Of a stretch of DNA of 64,000 nucleotides, positions 24,261 to 37,375 are shown piece after piece. The stretch is from Callorhinchus milii (Eukaryota), in the NCBI RefSeq assembly GCF_018977255.1, contig NW_024704742.1, positions 33,544,001 to 33,608,000 of the forward strand, in the 5' to 3' direction. The position numbers and the translations under genes are program-made. The notes beneath the pieces were generated by a model that did not search any database, was not told where the DNA came from, and saw only the letters and a program-made list of their open reading frames with translations. Positions within the stretch are counted from its first letter, which is position 1; every line of letters begins with the position of its first letter.

Positions 24261-25548
24261 GTAATAAATTAGATGTAATATTGCTCTCTTTGGCTAATGT
24301 TTTAATTGGGGCAGATTTGTGATCCAATCCCAATCCACAGTGGTTTCATTGCAAAAGGCTCTTGTTTCTTAAAAAAAATCTGCTTGGTCTGAGCCACATA
24401 AATCTGAGATACTTTGACCGGTCAACTGAATGCCAGCCATAGTCATTCCTACTTCAATCAAATCTAACCTGCCCTGTCACATGGCCAGACCTTCTGCTTG
24501 GTATGCTTTTGGAGGTTCTATGATAGACCATTTGGATGCAGACCAAATTGTATCAGACATGCTAACTGGTGCTCTCTTATGCATTTACTGAGGGATTGGG
24601 CAATCCTAGATCTAAATTGCCATTAGAGCCAGTTGAGCAGGCAACGAGGTGAGACTGTTAGTAACTGAGAAGGTGAGACATTGGGGCCATGGTGATCTGT
24701 TTAGTTTTCCTCCCAGATAAACCTTACAGTGGCAATTAAAGTCATCATTCAGGGGCCTCGCGCATCTGAAGATAGATTGAATTATTTTGCTGGTGTCCAA
24801 CAGATAGATGGCAAAAGCAACAAACTGCTTCTAATGAGAGCAAATCTTACGTGCAGGAGGAGATAGGATCAGTTTTCCGCAATCACAACATGGACCTGAC
24901 ATGAAAAAGGCAAAGTCGGGGATGGACACAGCCTCATCCATTAAATGGCCAATTATAATTCAAACATTATTAGCTAATATGTCAGAATTATTAGAAATAA
25001 AAAATGATATATTTTATAGTGCTTTAAAACATTGAAAATTCATGATTGACAATCATAGTTACTAAGTCATGCCTATTTGCAGGAACAACATCTCATCTGA
25101 AGAATGGCACCTCTGACAATGCAGTTCAATACTAGACTGGCCTCAAGCCCCAATGTGGAGCTTGAACCTGGAATTTTCTGAACTAGAGGAAATAACATTA
25201 GGAAATGACATTATGGGATATAGTACATCGGTAGTTTGGGACATATGTGCATGCGACCACCAGGAAGGTGGAAGGCGAACTAGGTTGACCGTGGTCTTTT
25301 TTCATCTAGCATTTCTTATGTTCAGAGGAAAGAGTTCTTCCAACAAAGTCAAACTGATGCAGTAACAGCAGTGAACAATGACAAAGGGAACAAAAAGCTA
25401 GGAATCTTTCCAGCATACAAAGTAAATTTGCATTCTAAATTCTTTAGTTTAATTTTCTTTAATTTACTATTCAAGATGCTTAGAATTATATTTTGACTTT
25501 TACCGTGGCCAAAACTTGGTTTTTGCTATAAAGCAAAAAGCTCACCAA

Positions 25549-25914
25549 ATAATAATGATAATGATCTTTGCATTTGATATTGCGCCTTATCATGTCTTCG
25601 ATACATCTCAAAGCGCTTCACAGAATATATACTGTAAAGTGAATGGACTGTATATTTTGTGGGCGAAACGCGGCAACCAATTGCGTACGGCAGTGCCCCA
25701 CAAATAGTCATGGATTGAAGTGACCAATTTATTAGTATTATTTTTTTTGAAGGAATTATTATCCCTAGAAAAGCGATCCGCCAATCGACTAACAACCTAT
25801 TTACTGCTAGGTAAACAGGGGAGTGTGGAGTAAGGAAACTTGCCCAACATTTCACCCTGCTGGGAATCAAACGCCGGTCTCTCACTTGCTCTAACCACAT
25901 AGCTAAAGGACTCC
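25549..25914 (-). mobile_element. Full-length tRNA-derived SINE
   Basis: Reverse complement of the 1689-2055 family, ending ggactcc. Confidence 0.9.
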
Positions 25915-26329
25915 ATTGAGCTACAGGATAACAACAAATGTTATCAATGTTGTTGAATGTTATTCATGATACAGTGATAAACAATCAGAGTTTATTTTTA
26001 ATAACTATTTATTTGATATCTTACTTAAAAAAGAAATGTTAAGATTCACTGAAAATCTTTTTAGTGAATTATTTTGTTGTTGTTAGTCATATGATGATGT
26101 ACAATCTTTCTAAATATGTTTTTAAATCATATTTTCTTGTGTTGAAATATAACAGATTTCCCTTTCAAATATGCTCAACAACGTTTAGGTATTTTTAAGT
26201 ATTTATAAATGTTAATTATTTATAAACTATTTTTAACCTTCTCAAAGTATTTTTATTTTCTTCTGACTGCCTCCAAAATATTTTTCTCTTTAAAAAAAAT
26301 GTACACACCTTTATTTCTCATATTCAATT

Positions 26330-26575
26330 ATTTGAAAAGTAGGATCATTCTCAGTTAAATTTATATCTTGAAATAATATTTCATATAATTATTATATATT
26401 ATTAAATAGTATTTGATATTATTCAGTTATATATTCTTGGTTAAAATTTATAATTATTTTATTTAAAATTATTATTATTTAAAATGTATAATATTCTTTA
26501 TATTATTATTACAATAATTATAATAATCTTTATATTATTATTTAAAATGATTTAATAATATTATTTAAAATGAGC
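26330..26575. repeat. Very AT-rich low-complexity tract with degenerate tattattatttaaaatg units
   Basis: Repeated (t)attatttaaaat(g) motifs; almost no G/C. Confidence 0.7.
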
Positions 26576-26584
26576 TATAATCAG

Positions 26585-26930
26585 AAGCTGTGTAGACTGG
26601 TGTTATATTCCTTAGAACAATGGAGGTTAAGGGGTGATTTGACAGGTTAGTAGACAACTTCCCCGCTTTGATAGAGAAGTACATTACAAGGAGGCATAGC
26701 CTTAACATCAGAGCCAACTCAGTTATAACTTAGCTCAAGACATATGTTGCATGCTGTTTCACAGGAAACTGGAGAGGTGGAATTGATAAGAAATGCTTAA
26801 AAGAAATGTACTAGAGGTATTAAGGGTATGGTAAAAGGGTGGGGCATTGCCATTACAAGATTTGCTGAGATTTAATAAAATAGAACAAGCTCAATGAATT
26901 GAACAGCCAACTCCTGTTCCTGTTTTTCTA
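26585..26930 (+). mobile_element. CR1 LINE 3' end
   Basis: tccttagaacaatggaggttaaggggtgatttga (SLEQWRLRGDL), acaaggaggcatagc, tail ctcctgttcctgttttt. Confidence 0.75.
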
Positions 26931-27906
26931 AATTCCCACGTTTACTAACACAATCTGCTTTGAATTCTTCCTGGTCTTTGTGTTCCACATGTTCACCACT
27001 CACTGTGTAAAAAAATTAAATATGAGTGGAGTTTACATCATATGAGGTGTTAAATTTGGCTGTGAAATGGGAACACTGACTATTATGCTTTCATTCCTAG
27101 GATCTGCAATTTTTCAGGAAGTCAGCCTTCAATTGAGTCCCTCAGCTTCCAAAAACACACAAAGGTGTCAGGAATAGAGGCATGAAAAAAACAGCTCGGC
27201 CAGCCTCATTAATCAATGGGAGAGAGATGTCAGAATAGAGTGGAGCGGCAAGACACACTTCTGGTTACTACCAAGTCCTCATTAGTGTAACTCACATTCC
27301 TTATTAAAAAAAGCAATTAAGAAATATCACAAATTAGACTCGCAATTGGCTGCTGAGTTTCACCCACAAAATACACAATCACTTTACAGCATATTTTGTG
27401 TACCGCCCTGAGGCGTCTCAACCATGTGATAAAGTGCTATATTAAATGCAAGGATTATTATTTTTTTTACATCACTTGGCAGCATTAAGATCAGGCAAAC
27501 CTTGCAGCTCGTAAGCACTAAGTAGTTGCAAGTGGTATTGGCAGCAGCCTTTGAGTGGGTGTACCATTCCAACCTCTTTGAGAGGAGCCTAAGAAACTGA
27601 AAAGAACACAAAGTCCCCAGTTGGAAGAGACACAGTGCCTCTCTTTGCATTTACTGCTGGTTTGTGCCTCATCTGACACTTTAACCCAGTGGCCAAACAC
27701 CGCCATGCCCTCAGTAGTGGAATGCAAGGCATTTTAAAAATAACTCCAATAACAGTAACAATTACTGAATCCCACACTGAAGTGACGTCATTATCGCACC
27801 CCCGAACCCCAACAAGGTCAATGCCAGTCTGTGAGCTGCCGCCTTTCAGTCAAGTGTGTTGAAGTTTAATTGTTGAAGTTCAAGTGTTTGATTTTTACCC
27901 CCAAAC

Positions 27907-28185
27907 ATGTCGTTTAGTAAGCCCCCGCACGTCAAAAAGAAAATACGAAGAGGACATTGCATTGAGAGTTTAATCCAATTCTTGTTTACAAAAGGGAGAG
28001 CTTCAAAACCAGTGTGATTGGTTTGTGGTGCTACAATTGTTGCGCCTAAAATGTTTTATTTAGAGCAGCACTTTAAACAAACACGTGCTGAATTCAACAC
28101 AAAATATCCCATTGGGTTGGCTTTGCGCACAGATTTTATTTCCAAAAAAAGATCAGCCTCTCAGCAAAATAGTCTTTTTTTTATT
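27907..28185 (+). pseudogene. hAT (Buster/Charlie/SPIN-type) transposase N-terminal zinc-finger fossil
   Basis: SKRKYEED...FLFTK...SKPV*LVCGATIVAPKMFYLEQHFKQTRAEFNTKYPIG...QQNSLF; CxxC...H pattern typical of SPIN/GTF2IRD2/EPM2AIP1-type transposases, with a stop and frameshifts. Confidence 0.75.
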
Positions 28186-28202
28186 AAGAAAGAAGTGTTA
28201 AC

Positions 28203-28330
28203 TGGTGAGAATCCAGCAGTACCGCCAGCATACTCTCCAGGGACCCCAAATCTCAGCTTTTGCCAACTCCACCTAATACTCTCCGGAATTAGGCAAGCAG
28301 GATGTGTCCCTCAGGGAGAAAGTGCTATGG
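28203..28330 (+). mobile_element. Internal fragment of the unclassified retroposon
   Basis: tccagcagtacc...ttgccaactccacctaatactctccggaattaggcaagcaggatgtgtccctc matches 7838-7950. Confidence 0.75.
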
Positions 28331-29384
28331 TTTGTTATTTATTGTAGTTTTACAAGTACAGTATCTAGTTGTTCAATTCGGAAAAAAATCTGTGTTAGTG
28401 ATTCAGATCATATTCCCTATTATAATGCATGCTCTCTTGAGAGCACTTTACTTAACCCATAAATAATGCAATCGGTTTCTTTACGAAAAACAAAATTATT
28501 ATATGAAACCCAATATTTAGATTAAATGTTCTCTAAAGCTTGTATCCTGTACACTTTTCTGACAAATCAGCATTACAAGTAGTCTGCGTAGGTAGTTCAC
28601 TGACAATTACATTGGTATATACTCCTACTGGTACTTTAAAATGTCATGAGATTGAAATCGGATTGTTGGTAATTTGCTTTTGAGAAATCTAGATGAAGGG
28701 CCAATACCCATAATGCAGAATGTTACCTAAGTTAAAAAGACTAGGAGAGAGGTAGAGATAAGTCAAGAAGCAATGGTTAAGCGGCAACAAGTTTGTGGAT
28801 GGATTGTAGGAAGAAGGAAGACTAAGAAAGGCAAGAGGTTTCACATTACTGCGTTCACGGGAAAGAATAAGTTAGAGTAGGAAATCGTGTGGTGAATTTT
28901 GGTTTCAACACAGTTAGGATGCAGAAGGGAGGAAAATCATATGTGTTTCAAGCTTGGGATGAATATGAGGTGAAAGTTTACAGGAGCAATGACAATCATA
29001 GTACAAGAAGCCTTGAACCAATGCCTCACCGACTACATTATGTGAGCTCTGAAAAACTGGCCAGGTGGTCAGGTCGCCGCTGACATCACATCCCGTGTGC
29101 TATTTGCAGGACGCACAGCTAGTGTAACTTCCATTGCATGCAATGACCCAGACTTTAGCCACTGATTTGCTTGGGAAGATGGCTAGTCAGCATCTGAAAC
29201 CAGGTATAGTACGCGTCAAGTTATCTCAGGTCCACAGCAGACCTGTGTAAGCAAGGCAGTGCTCTATTAAAGAGTGCTGTAAAGGGAATCCTGCGCTTTG
29301 ATTTACTGCGGAACCTTGTGGTGTTAGACAGGAGTCTAACCTTTGCCTTTCCGTTTCCGCATCTACACGCTCACTCCCATACGC

Positions 29385-29940
29385 TAACATTCACTTGCAT
29401 TTGTATGCAGCTGACATCCAGCTCGACCCTAACACCAGGCTCAATATTGCCAGATAGATTGTCAGACATCAAGTCCTGGATGAACCTTAATTTCTTTTAA
29501 CTGAATGCTGATAAAATTGAAGCCTTCCTGCTCAGCTCTCGGCAGCACTCCTTCACCTCTGAATGACTATACCAACCTCCCCACTGCTCACTCCAGCTCA
29601 TGGACCTAGCTTGAAAACGTGGCATTTTGGACTACCTTCACCTCTCACGTAAGCCTTTCATCTAGTTCTTGACTAAGCCTACATCTCCAGCCTTTGTATC
29701 ACTTCACCCGCAACATAGTCAAAACTTTCATCCACACCTTCAGCACTTCCAGATTCGAATTCTCCAATGCCCTCCTCGATAGTCTTCCCAACCCAGCTCA
29801 ACCCTCCACAAGCTCCAGATTATCCAGAATTCCACACAGCCCAATTGTACCAGGTTCAGTGAACCCATCAGTCCTATCGTTGCCAGACTCCACTGGGTCC
29901 CTATTTCCCAGTGAATTAAATTTAAGATCTTCAAATGCCT
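29385..29940 (+). mobile_element. Old L2 LINE ORF2 (RT) fragment
   Basis: LHLYAADIQL (decayed YADD), LSDIKSWMNLNFF*LNADKIE, FIHTFSTSRFEFSNALL, LHWVP. Confidence 0.85.
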
Positions 29941-30109
29941 CCTAACGCTTGGAATCCGCTTCCCATTTATAATAATAATGATCTTTACATTCAGTTTAAT
30001 GCTTTTAACATCAGGAGGATGTATCAAAACAGGATTTATTGTTTACTATTCTTCTCATCTGTTTACAAAAAATTGGATCGTGTCCCCATCAACCTTTCTT
30101 TTTAAACAA

Positions 30110-30420
30110 ACTTATATTTTTACAATGCCTATGATGTTAAAACATCACAAAATGCTTCACGGTATGTATTGTCTTGTGTTTAAGTGACTGGTTTTGTCAT
30201 GTTTATAATGATTGTAGCCAAATGCAACACCAGATCTGCACACAGCAGTCCCAAAACACATGAGATGAAAGATTATCTGGAGGATTGATGTCCAAGACAT
30301 CTCTTTTCGCATGCAAAAGTGGGATCTTTATCGTCTGCCTAAGACCAGGCAGATAGGATCTTAATATCGGATCTGAAGGATGACACCTCTGGCAGTGCCG
30401 TGCAACCAATCCTCTCTCCC
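30110..30420 (-). mobile_element. Deu-domain SINE, decayed
   Basis: gggatctttatcgtc...atctgaaggatgacacctctggcagtgc. Confidence 0.6.
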
Positions 30421-30954
30421 AAGGCTACAAAAAATTTAATGTATAGCCAAATACAAAGTGCAATAGAGTATTTGACCAGACACAGGCCCCTGCCTAATTG
30501 CAAGTTGTTGTTGTAGCATTTGACTAGCTTTGTGGACAAAAGCATTCAGCAAATGGTAAGTAATTATACTGAAATCCTTTTCCTTTTCAGTGACTGCTAC
30601 TGGACACCACATCATTTTGTACACGTTTATTATTTATTGTTTCACTGCAATGCTCTCCTGCAAACTACCAAAACTCTGTTAGTCACTGCTCACAAGCTGT
30701 AGCTTTCTCCAATTATCATTACCTTCTATTTCCTATTCCTCAACTAATTTTCATTCATACACAAGGGAGAAGGGATTAGAGGGACAGAGAGGGAGGCTAG
30801 GGAAAGGGCTTAGGATGGCTGGAGACTACATTATAGAATGTAAAGGTCGGCACAGTCCAGCTGGGCCGAATGATCTGTTCCATTGCTGTAGATTCTATGT
30901 AATTTTCAATCCAATTAGCTAACTTAATTATATTGTTGACCTTGTTTAAAGATA

Positions 30955-31509
30955 AGGCCTCGTACACGCATTCATAACATCCAGGCTTGATTACGCAAAC
31001 TCCCTGCTTGTCAGCCTCCCCAACTCCTCCCTTCACAGACTGCAGATCATCCAGAACTCTGCAGCCCGTGTCCTCTCCTGCACCAGGCACCGCGACGCTA
31101 TCACCCCCATCCTCGTCCAACTCCACTGGCTTCCCATCACACAGAGGATACAGTTCAGGATCCTGGTCCTCACCTTCAAAGCCCTCCATGGCCTTGCTTC
31201 CCCCTTAGCTCTGCAACCTCCTAACCCCCTACCAACCTGCCTGCTCTGGCCTGCTTCACCTCGCCCACCCCACCATTGGCGGGCAGGCCTTCAGCCACTT
31301 TGCCCCACCCTCTGGAACTCCATCCTGCAGTCCCTCCGCCTTGTCCCATCCCTTGCCTCCTTCGAGACCCGTCTCAAGACCCTCCTTTTCGACTGTGCCT
31401 TCGGTTACCCTCATTCACCCCCTGCCCTCCACCCTCCCCGATCTCTATCCCCAGCTCGGGTCCAAAACATTGACTGTCCAGAGCCTTGGGACATCCTCCC
31501 AATGTGAAG
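30955..31509 (+). mobile_element. L2 LINE 3' portion
   Basis: HAFITSRLDYANSLL...LHWLPITQRIQFRILVLTFKALHGL. Confidence 0.92.
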
Positions 31510-31770
31510 AACAACAACTTGGATTTAAAAAGCGCCCTCCATGCCGGACGTCATCTCAGAGCACTTCACAGTAACGGATCCCGGGGCCGAGCCAGGGGGA
31601 GGGGGAGGAAGGTGACCAAAGGCTCGGTTGAAAAGAAAGGGGGGGGCGAGGCGAAAGGAGTGAGGAAGGGAGTTCCAGAGCCTCGGGAAGTAGTGACTGA
31701 AGGCATGGCCACCGATGGTGGAGCGGAGAATTCGGGGGACAAGGAGGAGGCCAGATTCGGTGGAGCAAAA
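31510..31770 (-). mobile_element. L2 LINE 3' end abutting the previous copy tail-to-tail
   Basis: aacaacaacttggatttaaaaagcgccc tail; gggagttccagag; ctgaaggcatggccaccgatgg. Confidence 0.85.
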
Positions 31771-32589
31771 TGTAATTTAATAGTAGCTGTTACTGGAATG
31801 AGAGAGGAAATGGCTGTACAATTGTGTTTGAAAGTATCAAGTATTGCAGTTCGAATTCAACAATGATAATATTGTATCTTTTAAAGCAGCAAGCAATAGA
31901 AATAATGTTATCAGTAAATAAATCTATCAATTCATTCAAATTGTTAGAAGGTCTTACAATTTAGTCTGAACAGATATTCAAAAGAGCAGCACTTGCACAC
32001 ACAAAGAATTATTCAAAGGTTTTAGTTATGGTTTGGAGATGGAAATCTGTCTGGCTGTTCTGTGAGTGGTCCTGTTTCCATTTCATTTCTTTGTTCCCAA
32101 TAAAATAAGAAACGTACATCTTTGTAAGCCATCTGTATTGAAAAATCTAATAAGAATCCTATTGATTGGGTTGGCTCCATGCTGACGATTTTGGTTGCCT
32201 TAAAGTGAAATTTTTTAAAATGTTGAAGTTCACTGGGACACTGGTAGCACCTTGTTGCTTTGCATCCCACACTCAATGCTCTTCAAAGATTTTTGCTGTG
32301 AATATAATCATGGTCATCCCCATTGTATCTGGAATGTTTAAATTAATTAGGAAGAAAACACACTTGACAACTTTACTCCAGTACAAACTCTTCAGTAGCT
32401 GATGGTCACATTATTGTGTCCACAATGTGTTCAGCTCTAAGTAATTTTGGTCTGATGCGGTTTATTTCTTCTCTCACCTTGAGGGCATAAGGGGGCTGTT
32501 ACACATCAAGAAGCAATGCAGAGAACAACAACAACAATAATTTGCATTTATATAGCATCCCGGAGTGCTTGAGGACCTTAACAAAGATG

Positions 32590-32780
32590 TTAGAACAATA
32601 AGCTTACGGCAAGCTAGGGCTTTTAGTCTTGAAAATAGATGTTCCTGAGGGAACCTTATCGAGGTTTAAAAGATTTTACAAGGGATTGAGAAAGTAAACC
32701 TAGAACAATATTTTCCAATATGCAAGGACAGCAGATCAAGAGTGGTTTTAGGACAGACATCAGGAAGTATTTATTTAACT
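32590..32780 (+). mobile_element. CR1 ORF2 3' fragment
   Basis: aagctagggcttttagtcttgaaaatag...cttatcgaggttt (LIEV). Confidence 0.65.
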
Positions 32781-33232
32781 ATACAACCATCGAAATTTAC
32801 AGCACAGAAAAAGTTTCCTATTTAATAGGAAAGGGACAGGTATGAGGGAACCAATATATTTTCATTCTCAATCTAGGTATAACATAATGAACACACCAAT
32901 GTTAAAAAAAACATATGGAGGTGGTGGATGTGGTATGTGATATGATAATCGTTACCAGTGGTAGTTATCATATACCATGTGTTTTTATCCCCTTTTGATG
33001 ACATTGGCAGTCTTGTTTGTACCAAAGGCAATTCCGGTTATTATTTCAGAGTATGCGTTTCCTAATATTTCCTTCGCACTTAAAGCATATCTCCTGAGTT
33101 TTGAAGCACAACTTTGTCTAGTCATCCATTTCTTATTGTAATATACTTATAATGCACTTTTTGGATAATCCTGCCAGACGTATAAACAACCTAATGATAC
33201 TACCTCATCACATACTATATTTTTCCCCCTTA

Positions 33233-33848
33233 TAACAACAACAAGATCACATTTGTATAGTGCCTTTCACGTCGGGAGGACATCCCAGTGTACAGCATTT
33301 CAGACCCAAACTGGGGTCAGTGGGGAGAAGGGAGGGAAGGGGAAGGGGGGTGACCAATGGCATGGTTAAAGAGGAGGGTTTTGAGGCGGGACTTGAAGGA
33401 GGCTAAGGAGGAGGCGAGGTGGAGTGATTGGGGGATGGAGTTCCAGAGGTTGGGGGCAGAGCGGCTGAAGGTTCTCCCGCCATTGGTGGGGCGGGTGGGT
33501 CGGGGGATGTGGAGCAGGCCAGAGCCGGCTGAGCGGAGGGAGCGGGCGGGTTGTTAGGGGATTAGGAGGTCACAGAGATAGGGTGGGGCGAGACCATTGA
33601 GGGCTTTGTAAGTGAGGACCAGGATCTTGAACTGGATCCTCTGAAGGATAGGAAGCCAATGGAGTCAGACGAGAATGGGGGAGATGGGGTCACGGAGTTT
33701 GGTGCGGGAGAGGACACGGGCTGCAGAGTTCTGGATTATCTGCAGCCTGTGGAGGGAGGAATTGGGAAGGTCGACAAGCAGGACGTTTGCATAGTCAAAC
33801 CTGGAGGGGATGAAGGCATGAACAAGAGCTTCAGCGGCCTGAGGTGGG
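33233..33848 (-). mobile_element. L2 LINE 3' portion
   Basis: AAEALVHAFIPSRFDYANVLL...LQIIQNSAARVLSRTKLRDPISP; same subfamily as 22993-23572. Confidence 0.95.
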
Positions 33849-33978
33849 GGAGCTTTACCTAAAATTTCAAGAAACGCTATATTGTTAACAAGCAGTGGAC
33901 GGCAAGTTTGCAGACTTTGCCGCTGTCTATCATCAATGGGGGAGGACCACACATTGAGATCTAATCACTGCTCTAAAA

Positions 33979-34967
33979 CAATGGTGGCCAACCTGTGGCC
34001 TGCGGACTGGAAATGGCCCACAAGACCATCAAGAAGCACCTCCCCCTGTACAGTCACCCGAGTCTAGGTAAGTCTGTGTTCGATCGGTAGTGTGTTTTCA
34101 GTTTTTTCTTGAATATTTCTTGATTTATGGCATAGGATCAAGAAATATTCAATCAAGAAAATTAATTTTATTGGAGGAATATCAACAACAACAACAACAA
34201 CAAGATTCCATTTATAAAGCGCCTTTCACGTCAGGAGGACATCCCAAGGCGCTGCACAGTTGGGTCATGACCCAAGCAGGGGGGAAATGGTCAGGGAAAT
34301 GGTCAGGGTGAGGGGAGGGAAGGGAGGGAGCGAGGAGGGGGAAATGGTCAGGGTGAGGGAGGGAAGGGAGGGAGCGAGGAGGGGGAAGAGAGTCGAGAGG
34401 GGAGCTGAAGGCTCGGTCAAAGAGAAAGGTTTTGAGACCGGCCTTGAAGGAGGAGAGGGAGGAAGCGGCGAAGGCACTGGGGGATAGAGTTCCAGAGCCT
34501 CGGGGCTGAGAGGCTGAAGGCCCGACCACCGATGGTAGGGCGGTTGGGGCGGGGGACGTGGAGCAGACCGGAGCCAGAGGAACGGAGGGTACGGGCAGGT
34601 AGGTAGGGGGATAGTAGGTTGGAGAGGTAGGAGGGAGCAAGGCCGTGAATGGCCTTGTAGGTGAGGAGAGGATCTTGAAATCAATCCTCTGGGGGATGGG
34701 GAGCCAGTGGAGGCGAGCGAGGGTGGGAGTGATGTGATCGCGAAGCCTGGTGCGGGACAGTACACGAGCTGCAGAGTTCTGAATGACCTGCAGCTTGTGG
34801 AGGGAGGTGGCGGGAAGGCCGGCGAGGAGAGAGTTCCCATAGTCCAGCCTTGAGGTGACAAAGGCGTGAACCAGGGTTTCAGCAGCGTGAGGGGTGAGGT
34901 AATGCCATAGTCTGGCGATGTTCCGGAGGTGATGGAAGGCGGTGCCAGTTGTGGTTGGCCACCACTG
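33979..34967. mobile_element. Non-autonomous hAT (Buster/Charlie-type) MITE interrupted by an L2
   Basis: TIRs CAATGGTGGCCAACC / GGTTGGCCACCACTG (14/15); 8-bp flanks CTCTAAAA / CACTAAAT (6/8, central TA). Confidence 0.75.
34183..34943 (-). mobile_element. L2 LINE 3' portion, relatively young
   Basis: TAFHHLRNIARL...AETLVHAFVTSRLDYGNSLLAGLP...LHWLPIPQRIDFKIL; (CAA)n tail. Confidence 0.95.
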
Positions 34968-35369
34968 CACTAAATAATAAAAGGAGCTGTAAATTCACCT
35001 CATTATGATCAATAAAATCTGTGTATGATGCCTTTATTGTTTTTGATGGGGAAACAACATGAAAAACTGCCATGGTTTTATGCTTAATTATGGATCAGTT
35101 AGTCGTTAGGTATGCCACTAGTGTAGAATTATAGCACAATTTACATTGATATATTGCCTTTCATGTCCGTAGGACATCTCAAAGCACTTGAATTTGCTGG
35201 CTGGGAACCCAAGCTGGAGGTGGAGGTACTGAAGGGAGTGGGGAGGGAAAACTAGCCAGAATTAATTTGAAAAAACAATTGCCATTTCAAAGAATGTACA
35301 GTAAGGAAACAGATACAGTAAAAAAAANCATGGATCCCTGCGAAACACCACTTTCTGAGAAGAGACCCT

Positions 35370-35640
35370 TAATTCCTACCCTTTCCTTTCGGTTTCCTAC
35401 CGATTTTTAATCCATTCTGTGGCAGTTTTTCAAAGGACTTCTGGAAATCCAGATACGCTACATCCACTGCATTTCCCTTGATTACCTTAGAGCTTACATC
35501 TTCCCTAGTTTCCCCAAGGAACCTTTGGAGCAGTCCCTCTGGGTCAGGTGCCTTGTCGTCTTTAAACTTGTGTAATTTATTGAATACCTCCCTTCTCCCT
35601 ATCTTAAATGTTGCAATTTTACACGTAAAGAATTTGATAA
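35370..35640 (-). mobile_element. CR1 ORF2 fragment, internally deleted
   Basis: KFKDDKAPDPEG...KGNAVDVAYLDFQKSFEKLP. Confidence 0.8.
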
Positions 35641-36089
35641 GGTTGTCCAAAACACTGCCCTGCGTGAAGCCGTTATATAAATGCAAGTTGTTGTTGTTGT
35701 TGCAATGGTGATGCATCCATTATGTAGAGCAATATCATTCGCTGACACAAACGGGAACTGTAAGAAAACGATAGTTGAGGAGCAATGCACTTGTTGCCCT
35801 CCTTTGCTAAGCTGGTAAAATAAAGATTTAAATATATCAAGGGCAGCTCATAAATCACTGATTTGTTTTTTGCTTTGAGCCAGTTTTTTTTATATAGATA
35901 GAGTATTCAAACAGCAAACAAAAGTTCTTCTATGTTGGCTCCCAGGATTTCTCAAATCTATCAGTGAAAAATAATTAGTGTAGGAGCAAGGCAAATGCAA
36001 GATGCAGCACAAAGCAAAAGAGGATATCTTGTTAATCCATAATGTTCCTGAACAGCGAATACAATTCTTTACTTTGTGCTGCATATGAA

Positions 36090-36398
36090 CCATGAACCCT
36101 CACCCACGCATTTGTCACCTCAAGGCTTGATTACAGGAACTCCTCCCCATCGGCTTTCCCAACTCTGGAACTCCATCCCACGGTCCCTTCGCCTCGCTTC
36201 CTCCCTTGCCTCCTTCAAGGCAGGTCTCAAGGTCCTTCTCTTCGACCGTGCCTTTGGTCTCCCTCTCACCTCTCTGCCTTCCCTCACCCCTACACCACCC
36301 CTCCCCCATGCTCGGGTCCCGACATCTGACTGTTCAGCACTTTGGAATGTCCTCCCGACGTGAAAGGCGCTCTATAAATGTAATTTTGTTGTTGTTTT
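36090..36398 (+). mobile_element. L2 LINE 3' portion, internally deleted
   Basis: HAFVTSRLDY, LWNSIPRSLRLASSLASFKAGLK, and tail. Confidence 0.9.
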
Positions 36399-36749
36399 TA
36401 TAAGCAACCTATTAAAACACAGACAATCTGTTTTGCATAAATCAAGACTCCTACCAATTCACCTGTATTTTAACTCTGATATTCTGGTGCTTTCACTATC
36501 ACAAAAAACAATACTTGGGTGAGTTATAGCCAGTATTCTTAGTGCAATGTTTCATCTCCTAATAAAGGAACTTATTGTCTATATATAACTGTTATACCGT
36601 ATTTTAATAAATTGGAACATAAATGCAGAACAGCCAGAGCACACTAATAAATCAAAATAATAAGCAACAGGGTTGAATTATGAGGAACACAAAAAGACCA
36701 TTGGTTCTCCTTCTCACTATATCCCTCAATCCCCTCTCTCTCCAGAATT

Positions 36750-37375
36750 ACAACAACAAGTTGCATTTATATAGCACCCCTCACGAAGGTTAGCGTCCCA
36801 GAGCTCTTGATAGTGGTGGAGTACAACACCGACCCGGAGTGGGGAGGTGACCGTAGATAGGAAGATCTTCAGAGGCGATTTAAGATGGGGAAGGAAGGGG
36901 CAAGGCAGAGGGATAGAGGAAGAGTTTTGAGGTGTAGTGGCTGAAAGCTCGGCCACGATTGTGGAACGAAAGACACAAGGGACATGCAGGAGGTCAGAGC
37001 CAGTCAAACAGAGGCAGCAGCTAGTATGTTGGGGAGTAAGAAGGTTGGAAAGACATGTGGGTGCCAGGGCACTGAAAATGAGTATGAGGATCTTGAAATC
37101 GATCCATTCGGCGATAGGGAGCCAATGGCTAGCATTGGTGTAATGAGAGTACGGAGATTAGTGCAGGTGAGTATGCAGGCAGTGGAGTTTTGGATCAGCT
37201 GTATCCTCTGTATGGTGGTGCTGGGGAGACCGGTGAAGAGGGCATTCGAAAAGTCGAGTCAGGAGATGACAAACGCATGGACGAGTGATTTTCGGCTGCA
37301 TCTGGCCGAGTTAGGTCCTGGTCAGGGACCGGATGTGGGGAAGGAAGCACAGCTGTGGGTCGAATCTGATACCTA
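36750..37375 (-). mobile_element. L2 LINE 3' portion (older subfamily)
   Basis: Minus-strand LIQNSTA, HWLPIAEWIDFKIL, HAFVIS; caacaacaagttgcatttatatagc tail. Confidence 0.85.
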
